A program made the position numbers and the translations under genes. A stretch of DNA of 64,000 nt. Origin: an uncultured Thermoprotei archaeon (GTDB lineage: Archaea > Thermoproteota > Thermoprotei > Thermofilales > B15-G2). Each line of letters opens with the position of its first letter. The stretch's first letter is position 1. Under the pieces are notes generated by a model, which searched no databases, had not been told where the DNA came from, and saw nothing but the letters and a program-made list of their open reading frames with translations. Positions 9,047 through 19,815 of the stretch are shown one piece after another. The DNA lies in assembly GCA_965367815.1 (NCBI GenBank), contig CBDUKN010000001.1:128001-192000 (forward strand), read 5' to 3'.

Positions 9047-11413
9047 TCACATTATATATTTTCCGTTGTAGAGATTTAGTATAGGCTTGTTTTCATTATT
9101 ACAGGCTACTGGAATCCATACTATGCATAGTTTTTCTACAATAATTTCTTTTTTCTTGGGCTTAATTCTATACTCTTTGATTTGAGATAGCTTTAGTTCA
9201 TATTCTTTTTTAAGTTTCTTTATTCTGGTTTCTAGTTCAGAGTCAAGTATTCTGCGCTCTGTTTCAAGTTTGCTTAATTTTGCTTTAGATAGTGCTATTT
9301 TTCTTTCTAGCTGCTGTATAGTTTTCTTAAAATCTCGTTTACTGGACTTCTTTCTTTTCTTTCCTGCTAAAAAGTAGACTGTAGAGATAAAGGTGTCTAC
9401 TGCTTTTTCTCGCTTAACTGCGCTGAGTTCTTTTTCTAAACGCTTTAGTACTTCTTGCTCATAAACTATTTTACTTTCAATGCTTCTTAACTGCTTTAAA
9501 TATTTTTCTTTAATATCAGCTATTTTTAATTCTATTTCTTTCCACAAAATACTCTCTATTCTTTTTCTGAACGACTTTAAGTCTTCATTGACTTCGGATA
9601 CATATTTTCCTCCTAGAGCTGTGTGAACTACGAGGGTGTTATTTTCAACTATATGGTTTTTTACTAATTGTTGTAGAGACTTTATGAATGTTTTCTTAAA
9701 GAATTTAGGCGGAAGGTTTGCAAAAGAGAATTGAAGGTCTTTACTTGTTTTTAAGTCTTCTTTCTTTAATTCACTTAAAGTGAGTCCATAGGCTTCTCCT
9801 CTTTCCAGTACTGGGTTTTCATTTGCTTCGCAGAGATATCTTATTGTTTTAGAGTAGTCTAATGGAGGTCTCTTTCTAACTACTTCTATTTTAGCCTCAA
9901 TGTAGAGAGCAGGATAGTATACTGGCTTAAAGTCTCCGGCCGGAAATTTGGGTGGTAGATAGTAGACTTCAAGGTCTTCAGGAAAAGTATGTACGAGAGT
10001 CGTTTTAATGGGCTTCAGGGAAAGTTTTCTTGTTTCGAGTACGGGTTTCGATTTCAGCTTAGATATTTCGTTAAGTGTCAGCGGGCCTCTTAAGTACGAT
10101 ATAGCCTGCCTCGTCTTAAATAAGATACTTCTGTTCTTCCTGGCGTCGTAAAGGAGAAAAATGCGTCTACCGAGCAGTGATATTATTTTCGAGAGTTCTT
10201 TTTCATTGAAGCCTCCGCTGGAAGCTAGTCTGAGTCCTTCTAGTACTCTTCTTTTATCGTTTTCTGTTTGAAGCTTACCAATAATCCATAGACCTGCGTT
10301 AGTTAAAGCCTTATAGTCTAAGTCTACGGGATTCTGCGTGGCAAGAATTATGCCTAGACCGAATGCTCTAGCCTGCTTAAGTAGCATTAGGAGCGGGGTT
10401 TTAGAAGGAGGATTACGGGGGTACGGCGGCAGATATCCGTAGACTTCATCGAAGTAAAGAAGATATTTTAGCTTAGAGGAGCCTGGCCGCGTAAACATCC
10501 AAGAATATAAGGCTTCAAGAATCAGTGTCACGGCAAACATTCTTTCAGAGAGCCCGAGGTGCGCTAAATAGAAGACGACTGCTCTTGGTTTTCCTTCGGG
10601 ACTCCAGAATAGTTTATTGAAGTCTAGAGGAATTCCAGTAAACCATGTTCTGAAGCCGGGTGAAGCTATGACTCTGTTTAAGTCTCTTGCAAGCTTTTTG
10701 CGCTCATTTCTAGACATGAAAGCGTCTACTTCGAGGGCACCAATTCTGTCTAGAGGAGGGTCTATAATGTACGAAAGAAGCTTTGAGTAATTGAGTGGCT
10801 CATTCTTTCTCCAGCAGTGTTCAATAATGCTAGATATCAATACATGTTCATAGCTCTTAAGAGGATCGCTAGGGCGTCCAGCTAGTTCGAGGAGAGCTGA
10901 AACAGTTACCTTAATTTTATTCAAAAGTACTTCCTCGTGTTCGCTCCAACTCAAGTTTTCGGGTGGTGTTAGCTCAGATAAAAGTGATAAAGGAATACCC
11001 GCGGTGCTGCCGGGAGTTACTACTATTACTTCGCTTTCTTCGAAAAGCTTCTTTCTCCTGTCAGTTAAACCATATTTTCTTAAAGACTTGCTGTATTCTT
11101 CGAAGACTTTACAGGCATATTCTTCGGGAGACATCCCTAAGCGAGCGGCTTCTTCTACTTCAATCCACTTCAAGAAGTCCTCTGGGCTATTGAGCCTTAG
11201 GGCAATATTGACTGCGTCTCCTTTTGAGTCAATTACTGCTACTGGTATTCCTTGAATTAAAGCTTCTTCGAGAAGAATAGTAGCTAAGCCTGTTTTACCT
11301 GAGCCAGTCATGCCTACAATAATACAGTGTGTTGTCAACGTATCAGGGTCTAAGCTAAATTTTTCTTCAGTCTCTCTGAAGCTAGGGTATTCTACGGCGT
11401 GGCCTAAGTACAT
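9047..11413 (-). CDS. HerA/FtsK/VirB4-superfamily ATPase (DUF87/DUF853-like) with C-terminal coiled coil
   Basis: Walker A GMTGSGKT, Walker B LLYFDEVY, ARAFGLG, ATQNP; K/E-rich coiled coil in the last ~170 aa. Confidence 0.85.
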   Translation of the reverse strand: MYLGHAVEYPSFRETEEKFSLDPDTLTTHCIIVGMTGSGKTGLATILLEEALIQGIPVAVIDSKGDAVNIALRLNSPEDFLKWIEVEEAARLGMSPEEYACKVFEEYSKSLRKYGLTDRRKKLFEESEVIVVTPGSTAGIPLSLLSELTPPENLSWSEHEEVLLNKIKVTVSALLELAGRPSDPLKSYEHVLISSIIEHCWRKNEPLNYSKLLSYIIDPPLDRIGALEVDAFMSRNERKKLARDLNRVIASPGFRTWFTGIPLDFNKLFWSPEGKPRAVVFYLAHLGLSERMFAVTLILEALYSWMFTRPGSSKLKYLLYFDEVYGYLPPYPRNPPSKTPLLMLLKQARAFGLGIILATQNPVDLDYKALTNAGLWIIGKLQTENDKRRVLEGLRLASSGGFNEKELSKIISLLGRRIFLLYDARKNRSILFKTRQAISYLRGPLTLNEISKLKSKPVLETRKLSLKPIKTTLVHTFPEDLEVYYLPPKFPAGDFKPVYYPALYIEAKIEVVRKRPPLDYSKTIRYLCEANENPVLERGEAYGLTLSELKKEDLKTSKDLQFSFANLPPKFFKKTFIKSLQQLVKNHIVENNTLVVHTALGGKYVSEVNEDLKSFRKRIESILWKEIELKIADIKEKYLKQLRSIESKIVYEQEVLKRLEKELSAVKREKAVDTFISTVYFLAGKKRKKSSKRDFKKTIQQLERKIALSKAKLSKLETERRILDSELETRIKKLKKEYELKLSQIKEYRIKPKKKEIIVEKLCIVWIPVACNNENKPILNLYNGKYIM

Positions 11414-11474
11414 TTAGTTAAATACCCACTGAACGTTATTTAAATTGAACTAAATTTCTTTCTTCTTATAGCAG

Positions 11475-12112
11475 TTAGAGTCTTGGTCCAAGTTTTATTC
11501 GCTTGAATAGAGCGCGGGTAAAGAGAACGTAGCCTAACGGAGCTAGTAATATTGCTTGAATACTCAGTATACATAAATCAGCTAAAAGAGCACTCGTAGG
11601 AGTGTTTAATAAGAGAGCTTCTCGAACTACTTTAAGAGTATAAGTATGCGGAAGCAGAAGCGAGGCATACTGAAGTGTTTTAGGAAGAACGTCTACCGGA
11701 AAATAAAGCCCTGAAGCTATTTTTGATAAAAGTTTCATAGTCTATTGAATAGGCTCTGTTCCTCTGTGTACACTAGTATAAAGATATATGCTAGCCGATA
11801 TAAGGCCAGGTTCGGCTGTCGCGATAATGCCTAAAGCAAAAGCTAGCAGAGCATAAGCAAAATTATCTAATGTTAAGTAATATAATTTTGCCAGATCCAT
11901 TTGGATCTAGCACTAACACACGGTCATCTTTATCTACAATAAAATTAATGTCGCTTAAGGCTGCAATGTATTTCTTGCTTTTTTCTCAAAGAAGTATTTT
12001 ACTATAGCTGAGGGTAGTTGATATGATACAGGAAGCTTAGAAGCAATAGGATACTCATAGAATTTATACAAGTTAATTACTTCAATAGATTTCTCAGAAA
12101 CATTCATTATGT
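11475..12112 (-). pseudogene. Collapsed ABC-2 exporter operon remnant (ATPase N-terminus joined to permease C-terminus)
   Basis: SIEVINLYKFY...(frameshift)...ALSDINFIVDKDDRVLVLDPNGSGK abuts DNFAYALLAFALG...PIQ*TMKLLSKIASGLYFPVDVLP...LPHTY. Confidence 0.7.
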
Positions 12113-12343
12113 CATTACATAGAAGGATAAGAATTTGTTATTTACTCTCAGCTATCTTAGTATCGAGTAAAAAGTGATTATTCTACGAAAAATCTTCGTG
12201 TTAAATTGTTTTGACAGTTAGCTAAAGCAAGCTCCTTGATAACATGAAATAGAGTAAATAAAGTATAAGTAAATAGTATTGGGAATATAATATGGAGGTT
12301 ATATAGACTAATACTTTTAATCAAGAGCTAAATTTTTATTAGA

Positions 12344-13804
12344 GTGAATAAAGTTTTAGGCGTGGCCTCTACTTTTGTAGGTGAATTAAAGCCTTGTTCC
12401 CAGCACATAGTGTTGATTTGGCTTGATGCTTTGGCCGGAGATCTTTTCGTAGAAATGTATCTGAAGGGAGAGCTCAAGAATTTAGAGGAATTTTTTAGTG
12501 AGGGAGTCTTAGTAAAAAATGCTATAGCGTGTTTTCCGACAGTATCAGAGTCTGCTGAGGGAGGAGTTATTTCAGGATTTTATGCTGGAGAAACAAACAT
12601 GCTTGGTGAGCGGTATTTTTCGAGAGAACAGCAAATAATGATGCATTACAAGTTTAATGCTAAACCTGAAGCTGACTTCGCTAGAGAGCTCAAAGACTGT
12701 ACTATTGATGCTTTAAGTAAAAAAAGCATAGGTATGGGCAGACTTATTCGTATGGCTTCAGAGGAAATAGTAGACATTAAGGCAATGCACTATGAGCGGA
12801 CAGGAGACTTGAGAATAGTTGACAGACGTATAGAAGTAGCGATAAATGTAATTAAGGTAAAGAAACCGCGATTTTTCTTTTTCACTATCTCAGCCGACTA
12901 TATTTCACATGTAGACGGGCGAAAAGGTTCCTCTGTATATAGCTTTGTGAAGCGATTTGACGAGAAGTTTCCTAGCTTAATTCAAGTTCTAGATGAAGTG
13001 TATGGGAGAAATAGCTATACTGTAGTAGTTTTTTCTGATCATGGCACGGCGAGTGTTTCTAACCACTTGGATTTACCTAGGTTTCTTGAAGAGCAGGGAT
13101 TTTCTCCGGCGCCAACAGACCTTATTTGGAGAAAAAACTCTAATTGTGCAGCATTATCTAATGGAAGGAGATCGGCTTTAGTTTATTTTGCCCATCCCAA
13201 TGAGGGATGGAGAAAAAGACCTGGATGTAAGAACTTAAGGAGGTATCCTCATAGAGGCAGAGAAGTAGACTTACTCAAACTTTTTGCAGAAGAAAGAGGT
13301 GTTGCGCAGGTTTTTGCTAAGCGAGACGAATACTCGGTTATTGTTGTGTCAAGTGAAGGTGAGGCTGTAATAGAGTATAATCGCGCGGAAAACAAGTACA
13401 GATATCGTGTTATTAAAGGAGAAGACCCCCTGGAGTATAATATTGAGTCTAAGTGGATGACTGAAGAAGAGTGGCTTAAAATGACTTACAGCAAGAAGTA
13501 TCCTGACGCAGTAGTGCAGCTTTACTGGATTTTCAAGTCCCCTAACTGCGGAGACATCGTGCTTAATGCCTCAGATAAATGGGACTTCTGGGAGCCATGG
13601 GACATATGGTATCCGAGACTAGTGGCGGCTCATGGAGGATTATCGCGGGATGAAATGTCAGTATTTATTTTAGCGAAAGGACCCCACATAAAGGCTGGAG
13701 TACTTCCTTATGCACGTGTACTAGACATTTACGCTACTTTAGCTAAATGTTTTTCAGGACAGATAGCGAAATCACATGCTGTAGAGAGAATGCTAGCTAT
13801 CTAA
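12344..13804 (+). CDS. Alkaline phosphatase superfamily (nucleotide pyrophosphatase/phosphodiesterase) protein
   Basis: LIWLDAL, FPTVS nucleophile motif, DYISH, FSDHG, AHGG. Confidence 0.85.
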   Translation: MNKVLGVASTFVGELKPCSQHIVLIWLDALAGDLFVEMYLKGELKNLEEFFSEGVLVKNAIACFPTVSESAEGGVISGFYAGETNMLGERYFSREQQIMMHYKFNAKPEADFARELKDCTIDALSKKSIGMGRLIRMASEEIVDIKAMHYERTGDLRIVDRRIEVAINVIKVKKPRFFFFTISADYISHVDGRKGSSVYSFVKRFDEKFPSLIQVLDEVYGRNSYTVVVFSDHGTASVSNHLDLPRFLEEQGFSPAPTDLIWRKNSNCAALSNGRRSALVYFAHPNEGWRKRPGCKNLRRYPHRGREVDLLKLFAEERGVAQVFAKRDEYSVIVVSSEGEAVIEYNRAENKYRYRVIKGEDPLEYNIESKWMTEEEWLKMTYSKKYPDAVVQLYWIFKSPNCGDIVLNASDKWDFWEPWDIWYPRLVAAHGGLSRDEMSVFILAKGPHIKAGVLPYARVLDIYATLAKCFSGQIAKSHAVERMLAI

Positions 13805-14761
13805 TGAAAGAGGGCAAAGTACATCTGGCACATCTTCTTTTCTAAGTAAGTATCTTCGGGCAAAACACCCTCCTTTACAGATATAATTTACTTGACACGT
13901 TTTACACTTACTTGGTACTGATGCTAAGCTCTTGTCTACGTACTCTAAGTACCTTTCTTTAAGCTCCTCGAAGTCTTCTTCAAGGAAGTTTCCGACGACA
14001 ATGTCTAGCGTATCACATAGCAGTAGCTGCCCACCAGGGCTGATATCTATCATAGTGAGAGTCGGGCATGTTCCTACATACACGTATCCCTTTAAGTAGA
14101 GTCTAGCGAAAGGAGCACACCACACTGAAGCTTCTACGCCTAATTCACGAGCCTTGTTCTCGAAGGAAATAAGTGCTTCTTTCACTTGGGAGCAGTTTGG
14201 CATAGCTTCTCTAGCTCTCTTAGTCGACGGGATTACTGGTATACATGAAATATAGTCTACATTGAGGTTAACTGCTAGCTCTACGTAGCCTGCTATATCA
14301 AAGTAGTTGTACTTAGTTATAGTAAATGAAGTATGTACACTTATGTCTCTCTTCTTCAGCAACTTTATTCCCTTAACAGTTTTTCTCCAAGTTCCTTCTC
14401 CTCTAATATAATCGTGTACTTCAGGTCTAGATCCATCCAAGCTAGTCAATACGTATATATTTCTTCTCTCTAGTTCTCTCGCTATTCTATCGTTTAGTAA
14501 AAGTAGGTTAGAGAAAATAGATACTGAAATACCATTGTCTAAAGCATAGTCGATTATGTCGAATATATCTTTTCGTAGTAAAGGTTCGCCTCCCGTCAAG
14601 TTTAATGCTGCTACGCCTAGGTCAGCTAGCTTAGAAATAAGCCTTAGTGCTTCTTCAGTAGATAGCTCGTTTTTCCAGGGTCTCTCTCGGACATAGCAGT
14701 GTCTACAATTTAAGTTACAATTTGGTGTAATCAACCATACTATGTACTTAGGCTTATTCAT
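13793..14761 (-). CDS. Radical SAM protein with SPASM domain
   Basis: CNLNCRHC, TGGEPLLR, SLDG; C-terminal CKTC-x5-CKGGC...CP. Confidence 0.9.
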   Translation of the reverse strand: MNKPKYIVWLITPNCNLNCRHCYVRERPWKNELSTEEALRLISKLADLGVAALNLTGGEPLLRKDIFDIIDYALDNGISVSIFSNLLLLNDRIARELERRNIYVLTSLDGSRPEVHDYIRGEGTWRKTVKGIKLLKKRDISVHTSFTITKYNYFDIAGYVELAVNLNVDYISCIPVIPSTKRAREAMPNCSQVKEALISFENKARELGVEASVWCAPFARLYLKGYVYVGTCPTLTMIDISPGGQLLLCDTLDIVVGNFLEEDFEELKERYLEYVDKSLASVPSKCKTCQVNYICKGGCFARRYLLRKEDVPDVLCPLSLDS

Positions 14762-14858
14762 ATTATTCAGGCCCGCATACCAGTAGAATGGCTAGTTTAT
14801 TTAAGTGCAGCGTCTTGATATAGCTTCCGGTCATGAAGAAATAGAATAAATTTTATAT

Positions 14859-16103
14859 ATGAATCTAAGATACTCCCTACAGGTAGTTATGGTGAACTCA
14901 GCTGATTCTTCTGAAAGCTCTATATCGAGTAGAACGGCATACAAGGTCGTCTTCTTTCTTGGATTAGTAAGTCTTTTCGGCGACATAGTGTATGAAGGAG
15001 CTAGAGGACTTATACCGAGTTTCTTTCTCTACTTGGGGGCGTCAGCGACAATAGTAGGGATCGTAACGGGCTTAGGCGAACTAGTAGGCTATACAGGGAG
15101 ACTTGCTGGAGGTTTTCTTGCTGACTTGAGTAAAAGATACTGGCTTTTCATTTTTATAGGCTACGGACTAATAGCTGCTTTACCTTCTATGCCTTTAAGC
15201 TTAATTGCAGGAGGCTGGCTTCTAGCAGCTATTCTAATAATTGCTGAAAGATTCGGTAAAGGCTTTAGAGCGCCTGCTAGAGACGCTATAATAGCTTCAG
15301 TAAGCTCAAAAATAGGTAGAGGAAAGGCTTTTGGTATACACGAGTTTTTTGACCAGTTGGGAGCTGTTACAGGGCCTCTCTTAGTAGCTGGAATAATGGC
15401 TTATACTCAAGAAAACTATGCTGTGTCTTTCGGAGTTCTCTTCATACCATATTTGATTCTAATGTGTGTGCTCACTTTAACGTACTTCAGTATTAGGGAT
15501 ATTGAGGCGAAATCTTCTAAAAAGTACACTATCAAGGGCCCTATGACAAGGCCTTTAGCAATGTATATTACGGGAGTATTTTTGAATAGTTTAGGTCTTA
15601 TTCCGGCGTCACTTATACTCTACAAGGCGGGATTAATTGCTAAGGGGTATGAGTGGCTTGTTCCAGCAGTGTATGCGCTAATACAGCTTATTGATGCTCC
15701 TTCAGCTCTAGCTGCCGGCTTTGTCTACGACAAGATAGGACTATCTGTGCTCTTCGTTCCGTTTTTCTTAACAATACTGATATCACCGGTCCTATTTTCA
15801 GAAAATACTTTAGCTATAGTCTTTGCCGCATCTATACTCTATGGAATAGTGCTGGGTATGATAGAGTCAACTTATAGGGCAGCTATAGCTGACTTAGCGC
15901 CTCCGAAGTACCGTGGAACAGCATACGGAGTCTTCTACACGGCTCTCGGACTAGGTTCTCTTCTAAGCGGAGCTATCTACGGGCTAATGATGGACTTAAA
16001 GTTCGGTGTTGGGCAGGTGCTAGTTTACGTAGTGATAATAGAGGCTCTAGCCTTAGCTCTACTAGCTTCAGCTATAAAGAATCTAAAAGAGTCCTCTAAG
16101 TAA
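14859..16103 (+). CDS. MFS transporter
   Basis: About 12 TM helices, GFLADLSKR and ERFGKGFRAPARDA motifs. Confidence 0.9.
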   Translation: MNLRYSLQVVMVNSADSSESSISSRTAYKVVFFLGLVSLFGDIVYEGARGLIPSFFLYLGASATIVGIVTGLGELVGYTGRLAGGFLADLSKRYWLFIFIGYGLIAALPSMPLSLIAGGWLLAAILIIAERFGKGFRAPARDAIIASVSSKIGRGKAFGIHEFFDQLGAVTGPLLVAGIMAYTQENYAVSFGVLFIPYLILMCVLTLTYFSIRDIEAKSSKKYTIKGPMTRPLAMYITGVFLNSLGLIPASLILYKAGLIAKGYEWLVPAVYALIQLIDAPSALAAGFVYDKIGLSVLFVPFFLTILISPVLFSENTLAIVFAASILYGIVLGMIESTYRAAIADLAPPKYRGTAYGVFYTALGLGSLLSGAIYGLMMDLKFGVGQVLVYVVIIEALALALLASAIKNLKESSK

Positions 16104-16170
16104 TATTCGGGTATAGTTAATTGAAGTAGGCGTCCAATATATATTATTGTTTTCTTGAGTAAAATAATAG

Positions 16171-17754
16171 ATGCTTTTTAGAGACTTAGTAGAGCTATGT
16201 CTTAAGCTTGAAAAAACAACTAGCAGGACCGAAAAAGTACTCTATATAGCTGAGTTTCTCAAAAAACTTGATTTAATTGAGGTGAAGCCAGCAGTATGGT
16301 TTCTTACAGGAAGAATTTTTCCAGACTATGAGGATAGAAAACTTGATGTAGGCTGGGCTACTGTAAGCAGAGTTCTCAGAAACCTCAAATCTACAGGCAG
16401 ACTTGTAGCCAGGCCTATTACTATACTTGAGCTCCATAGAGCACTGCTTAAGATCTCGTCGATTGAAGGCGAGGGGTCCCGCAGAAGAAAAGAGAGGCTT
16501 CTTTTCAGTATTTTATCAAGCATGACTCCCACTGAAATAGAGTATTTTCTACGAATACTTTTCGGCGAAGTAAGAGTAGGGGCAGCAGATGGCCTAGTTC
16601 TAGACGCTATAGGGAAGGTAGCTGGAGTAGACGAAGATACTGTTAGAAGAGCCTACATGTTTATCGCCGATATAGGCGAGCTAGCTGAAACGGCTTTAAC
16701 TAAAGGAGCTGAAGGACTGCGAAGCGCTACACTTCAGCTATTTAGACCCGTTAGACCGATGCTGGCTGAAATGGCTTACGATATTAGAAGTACTATAAGA
16801 GAGCTAGGTGGAATAGCTGCTTTTGAATACAAATACGACGGCATAAGGTTGCAAATACATCGCAAAGGAAATAAGATAAGAATATACACTAGGCGCCTTA
16901 CGGATGTTACTGAAAGCCTACCTGATGTAGTTAAAATAGCTAAGGAAATAAAAGCCGACGAATATGTAGTTGACTGCGAGGCGCTTAGCTTTAAGGACGG
17001 AAAACCCGTTAGATTTCAGGATTTAGTGAAGAGGATTAGGAGAAAATATGATGTTCGTAGAATGATGAAAGAAATACCTCTTGAAATAAGAGCTTTTGAT
17101 CTATTATATCTTAATGGGAAAGTTCTCGTAGATATTCCTTATAAAGAGAGATGGAGTCTTTTAGAGGAAATAATTGATGAAAAGTACTTAGCGAAAAGAA
17201 TAGTTACAGGGGATCCTAATGAAGCTAAAAAGTTTCTCGAAGAATCAGAGAAAGAGGGTCATGAAGGACTTATGGCAAAGAAATTGGACAGCCCGTATAC
17301 GCCAGGAATACGTGGAAAATACTGGTTTAAAATAAAGCCTGCTCAGACAATAGACTGCGTTATTATAGCGGCTGAGTGGGGGCATGGCAGGAGAAGGGGC
17401 TGGCTAAGCGACTATCACTTGGCAGTGCTGGACGAGAAAACAGAAGAGTTTGTTATGGTTGGTAAAACATTCAAGGGGCTCACAGATGACGAGTTTGAGG
17501 AAATGACTAAGAGGTTGCTGGAACTCAAAGTAGGTGAGAAGGGTCATATAGTTTACGTTAAGCCTCAAATAGTAGTCGAGATAGCGTTCAATGAGATACA
17601 GAAAAGTCCTAAGTATAAGTCAGGGTTAGCTTTACGTTTTGCTAGAATAACTAGAATAAGATACGATAAGTCTCCTTACGATATAACTACGTTAAGTGAG
17701 CTGAAAAAACTCTATGAACAGCAATTTGAGAAAAAGTCTAGAATAGAGGAGTAG
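16171..17754 (+). CDS. lig: ATP-dependent DNA ligase
   Basis: EYKYDGIR (motif I), EGLMAK, WFKIKP, LRFARITRIRYDK. Confidence 0.95.
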   Translation: MLFRDLVELCLKLEKTTSRTEKVLYIAEFLKKLDLIEVKPAVWFLTGRIFPDYEDRKLDVGWATVSRVLRNLKSTGRLVARPITILELHRALLKISSIEGEGSRRRKERLLFSILSSMTPTEIEYFLRILFGEVRVGAADGLVLDAIGKVAGVDEDTVRRAYMFIADIGELAETALTKGAEGLRSATLQLFRPVRPMLAEMAYDIRSTIRELGGIAAFEYKYDGIRLQIHRKGNKIRIYTRRLTDVTESLPDVVKIAKEIKADEYVVDCEALSFKDGKPVRFQDLVKRIRRKYDVRRMMKEIPLEIRAFDLLYLNGKVLVDIPYKERWSLLEEIIDEKYLAKRIVTGDPNEAKKFLEESEKEGHEGLMAKKLDSPYTPGIRGKYWFKIKPAQTIDCVIIAAEWGHGRRRGWLSDYHLAVLDEKTEEFVMVGKTFKGLTDDEFEEMTKRLLELKVGEKGHIVYVKPQIVVEIAFNEIQKSPKYKSGLALRFARITRIRYDKSPYDITTLSELKKLYEQQFEKKSRIEE

Positions 17755-17792
17755 CATTTAAGCTATTTATTTGTCAGCGAAGCTTATTTTCT

Positions 17793-18191
17793 GTGAATAG
17801 TGATAAATTCCTAAAAGAGTTTTATAGCGAGTTTATGGAGCTCAACACGCAATATAATAATGCGGTCACTAAGGGAAGGTTCGATGAAGCCATTGATATC
17901 GGGTTAAAAACCATGGATCTCTTGCTTGATGTTGCGAAGAAAAGAGTTCTTGAAGCATTATCGAGTAGAACAGCTATTGAAATAGTTTCAGATATAATTA
18001 ATTACTATGAGAAAGACTTAGCCTATGTGAAAGGTCTTAAAGAAGCAAGTAGGAAGATACCTGTCCTTTATGCATATAATGCCAAAGAGAAAGCTCTCGA
18101 AACTCTTGCGAGAGATATAAGGGAACTATTTAGCTTCGTTTTAGGTGCGTTAGTTGTATTAACTGAAATTGCGGGCCTTATCAACAAATAA
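17793..18191 (+). CDS. Hypothetical helical protein
   Basis: 132-aa ORF directly downstream of lig. Confidence 0.65.
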   Translation: MNSDKFLKEFYSEFMELNTQYNNAVTKGRFDEAIDIGLKTMDLLLDVAKKRVLEALSSRTAIEIVSDIINYYEKDLAYVKGLKEASRKIPVLYAYNAKEKALETLARDIRELFSFVLGALVVLTEIAGLINK

Positions 18192-18193
18192 GT

Positions 18194-19354
18194 TTACTCT
18201 CTTAAACTAGCGTAATCGAACTCCCAGTTCCACATTCTTGAAGCTAGCTTTCCGTCGTAAAGGAATTTATCTTTTATCTTCTCAGCTTCCTTTACTTTCT
18301 GCTGGTGTTTCTTGAGGAACTCTTTAATTCTTTCAGCTAACTCTTTCTTGCACTCACCGCAAAGCAGTTCGCCGTTTATGCACTTTTCGTATCTTTCGAG
18401 GAGGGCTTTGTCTGAAGGCTCGAAAAGTATTCTGAACCATTGATAAACGCAGCAAATATTCGGATTCCCGCCTTTTTCTCTTTGTTCTTTAATTGTGGGC
18501 TGTCCTCCGGTAAATGCGTTCATTATTTTCTTAGCGGCTACTTCAGGAGGATCCTTAAGAAATATAGCGGTCTCAGGCTTTGATGCAGACATTTTAGATT
18601 TAATACCTTCTAAACCAGGGATAAGTATTGACATAAGACTGGCGGTCTTGCAGTAACCTAGCTTGGGAGCAATGTCTCTCTGTATTCTGAAGTAAGGATC
18701 CTGATCTATACCATAGGGTATAAGACATCTCTTTTTCTCGAAGAGTGTGGGCACTATTTGTAGTGCTGGATAGAAAATAAGTCCAATAGAGGTTTCGCCG
18801 TGGAACCCGAAGACAGCTTTAGCTAGAGAGAAGTTTATTCTTCTAGCGACTACTACTGCAGCTGTATAGAGGTGCTTTATGTACTCTCTATCTCTAAAAA
18901 TGAATGTTCTGTCGGGATCGAAGCCTAGAGCAATAATATCGAGTATTGTCTGTTCTACAAGCGAGTCTACTTTAGCTAAGCTGGAAGCCTTTTTAGCTAA
19001 ATATTTTTCTTCGTCAGGTATCATTATGTAAGTATTTACTTTGAATTTTTCTTGAAGCCACTGAGTCATAACGAAAGGCACTATATGCGCTAAATGCATT
19101 GTACTCCTACTAGGAGCTATCCCTGTGTAAAGAAAGAATCCTTTCCCCTCAGCATAGTCCTTAAGAACTAAATCTAAGTCTCTGTGAGCATAGAATACTT
19201 TCCTCGATAAAAGTATGTGAAGCTCTCCTGTATGTTTCTTAAGTTCCGTTAAAAGCTCGTCTGTCACTCTGTATGCACCAAATTCTTTAAGCAGTTTCTC
19301 GTAGTCTACAACGCCTTCAACTTCCCACGGCGTAAAGACAGTTTTCTCAGTCAT
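18194..19354 (-). CDS. trpS: Tryptophan--tRNA ligase (archaeal type)
   Basis: FTPWEVEG, HLAH (HIGH), GIDQDPYFR, KMSAS, AFTGGQ. Confidence 0.95.
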   Translation of the reverse strand: MTEKTVFTPWEVEGVVDYEKLLKEFGAYRVTDELLTELKKHTGELHILLSRKVFYAHRDLDLVLKDYAEGKGFFLYTGIAPSRSTMHLAHIVPFVMTQWLQEKFKVNTYIMIPDEEKYLAKKASSLAKVDSLVEQTILDIIALGFDPDRTFIFRDREYIKHLYTAAVVVARRINFSLAKAVFGFHGETSIGLIFYPALQIVPTLFEKKRCLIPYGIDQDPYFRIQRDIAPKLGYCKTASLMSILIPGLEGIKSKMSASKPETAIFLKDPPEVAAKKIMNAFTGGQPTIKEQREKGGNPNICCVYQWFRILFEPSDKALLERYEKCINGELLCGECKKELAERIKEFLKKHQQKVKEAEKIKDKFLYDGKLASRMWNWEFDYASLRE

Positions 19355-19524
19355 TGTCCCGAGGCACTAAATAAGCGGAAGTAATAAAAACTTTAGCTCT
19401 ACACAGGTTCTAAACTAAATAATAGCCTACAAGCAAGTGTTGACGGCATGTCTGCCGAGCAAATTAAGGTTTAGATCATATTGAAAATACTTAATAGCCT
19501 AAATTACATAATTGTTGTGAAAAT

Positions 19525-19815
19525 ATGGCTCTAAAACAAGTCGCTGAAGAACTAGGATTTGATGAAAAAGAGCTTGAGAAAAAAGCCTTAAGAGCATTTA
19601 TTATAAGTGAGTTACGTAGAATTAAAGCTGAAAAAGCTTGTATTCTGTTAAGATATAAAAAATATGGTGTAAAGAGTGTAAATGATCTTTTTAAATTGAT
19701 TGAAAAAGACATTGTAAGTGATATTGACGTTCATGATGATTTAATAAAATTAGATTACCTTGAACATATAGAAAAAAAGCTGATAAGTCTACTGAAAAAC
19801 CTAAAAATAGAATAA
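19525..19815 (+). CDS. Putative antitoxin partner of the DUF6516 protein
   Basis: Small K/E-rich ORF whose stop overlaps the next start (TAATG). Confidence 0.65.
   Translation: MALKQVAEELGFDEKELEKKALRAFIISELRRIKAEKACILLRYKKYGVKSVNDLFKLIEKDIVSDIDVHDDLIKLDYLEHIEKKLISLLKNLKIE

Noticed and set aside
13793-16103. Radical SAM/SPASM plus MFS as a RiPP cluster
   Set aside because: No precursor peptide or PqqD/RRE domain was found nearby, and the genes are divergent
19437-19480. Further box C/D-like motifs (GTGTTGA...CCGA here; also ~33195-33220 and ~42645-42685)
   Set aside because: Only half of the box set is recognisable and there is no terminal CTGA at the right spacing
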